NCBI RefSeq assembly: GCF_964213995.1 | Contig: NC_135830.1 | Span: 9,486,001 to 9,550,000, forward strand | DNA from: Mustelus asterias | Lineage: Eukaryota | Length of the DNA: 64,000 nucleotides | Reading direction: 5' to 3' | Part shown: positions 62,938 through 64,000 of the stretch, in pieces | Position numbering within the stretch: position 1 is the first letter of the stretch | Layout: each line of letters opens with the position of its first letter | The notes under the pieces: generated by a model | Seen by the model: the letters and a program-made list of their open reading frames with translations, nothing else | The model's database searches: none | What the model was told of the DNA's origin: nothing | Program-made: the position numbers and the translations under genes

Positions 62938-63260
62938 CGACACAGTGGCACAATGGTTAGCACTGCTACCCCACAGCGCCAGGGACGCATGTTCGATTCA
63001 TGGCTTGGATCACTGTCTGTTTGGATTTTGCACATTTTCCCCGTGTCTGCGTGTGTTTCTTCTGGATGCTCCAGTTTCCTCCCACATTCCACAGACGTGT
63101 GGGTTAGGTGAATTGGTCAGGCTAAATTGCCCTCAGTGTCAGGGAGACTCGCTCAGGTAAATGCATGGCGTTATGGGGATAGGGCCCCGTTTCGGATTGT
63201 GGTCGGTGGCAACTCGATGGGCCGAATGGCCTCCTTCTGCACTGTAGGATTCTATGATTC
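62938..63260 (+). mobile_element. HE1 SINE
   Basis: Head, V-domain, tail. Confidence 0.85.
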
Positions 63261-64000
63261 CTGTAATCTAAGGCTTTTCTCCTCAATATTTAACACACCA
63301 CCAATTTTTGTATCATCTGTGAACTTACTGAACATACCTCACACATTCCTGTCTGGACCATCAATGTGCCCTACAAACAATAAGGGACCCAGCGTTGACC
63401 CCTGTGGAAACCCACTGGACACAGGCTTGCAGTCACAAAAGCAACATTCGAATATCAAACTATCCTCCTGCCAATCAGCCAATTTTGATTGCAATTTACC
63501 CAATTGCCCTGGATCCCATTGGCTATTAATTTATTTTTCACTCTCCCATGCGGAATTTGTCAAAAGTTTTTCTGAAGTCCATGTAGACTACATCGGCTGC
63601 ACTTCCCTCATCTACTCATCCAGTCACCTCCGCTATATATCCCAGCAAATTCTTAGACATGATCTCCCCCTGACAAAGCCATGCTGACTATTGTTCATGA
63701 ATCCTTACCTCTCGAAGTGGAGATTAATTCTGTCCCTCAGATTGTTTTCCAATCATTTCCCTACCACAGATATGATGATGATTTTGTTCTGGGTGTGATC
63801 TTGGATGTCTCCAGGGCACCCAGTAGGATGGCACGATGGCGCAGTGGTTAGGACTGCTGCCTCACAGCATCAGGGACCCTGGTTCAATCCCCGGGATTCC
63901 ATCATCACCAGTGAAGCATTTTTTTAAACTTTGAAACCAGCTCCATTCTCACATATAGCCTGTTGGGATTTCTTCTGTGACAAGATCGTGTCATGTTTCT

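Overview
Eukaryotic (vertebrate) DNA, almost certainly from a cartilaginous fish (shark). Evidence: HE1-type V-SINEs, CR1/HER1 LINEs, DeuSINE and Penelope remnants, shark-type ~60-bp satellites and a shark-style IgM VH. About two thirds of the window is nested transposon debris (CR1, other LINEs, SINEs, a decayed PIF/Harbinger, an LTR retroelement with a tRNA-Phe primer site). Host genes: (1) the 3' exons of a CD2/SLAM-family-like receptor (4.9-8.9 kb), whose tail carries a 25-aa repeat and an ITAM that a 1-nt deletion puts out of frame; (2) an intact two-exon GPR139/142-like GPCR (27.5-29.6 kb) and exon 1 of a second one (46.9-47.1 kb). The 16-37 kb block is a striking patchwork of adaptive-immunity parts and tRNA genes. 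It holds a germline-joined IgM-type VDJ pseudogene whose exon is bracketed by ~125-bp direct repeats, two or three truncated TCR alpha/delta-like V pieces, another decayed leader+V with a heptamer, an orphan leader with a lymphoid promoter, an octamer promoter stub, two tRNA-Glu copies sharing an A14C change, and a tRNA-Asn body carrying a Ser (GCT) anticodon. All calls are by eye; no searches were run, and identities and TE boundaries are approximate.
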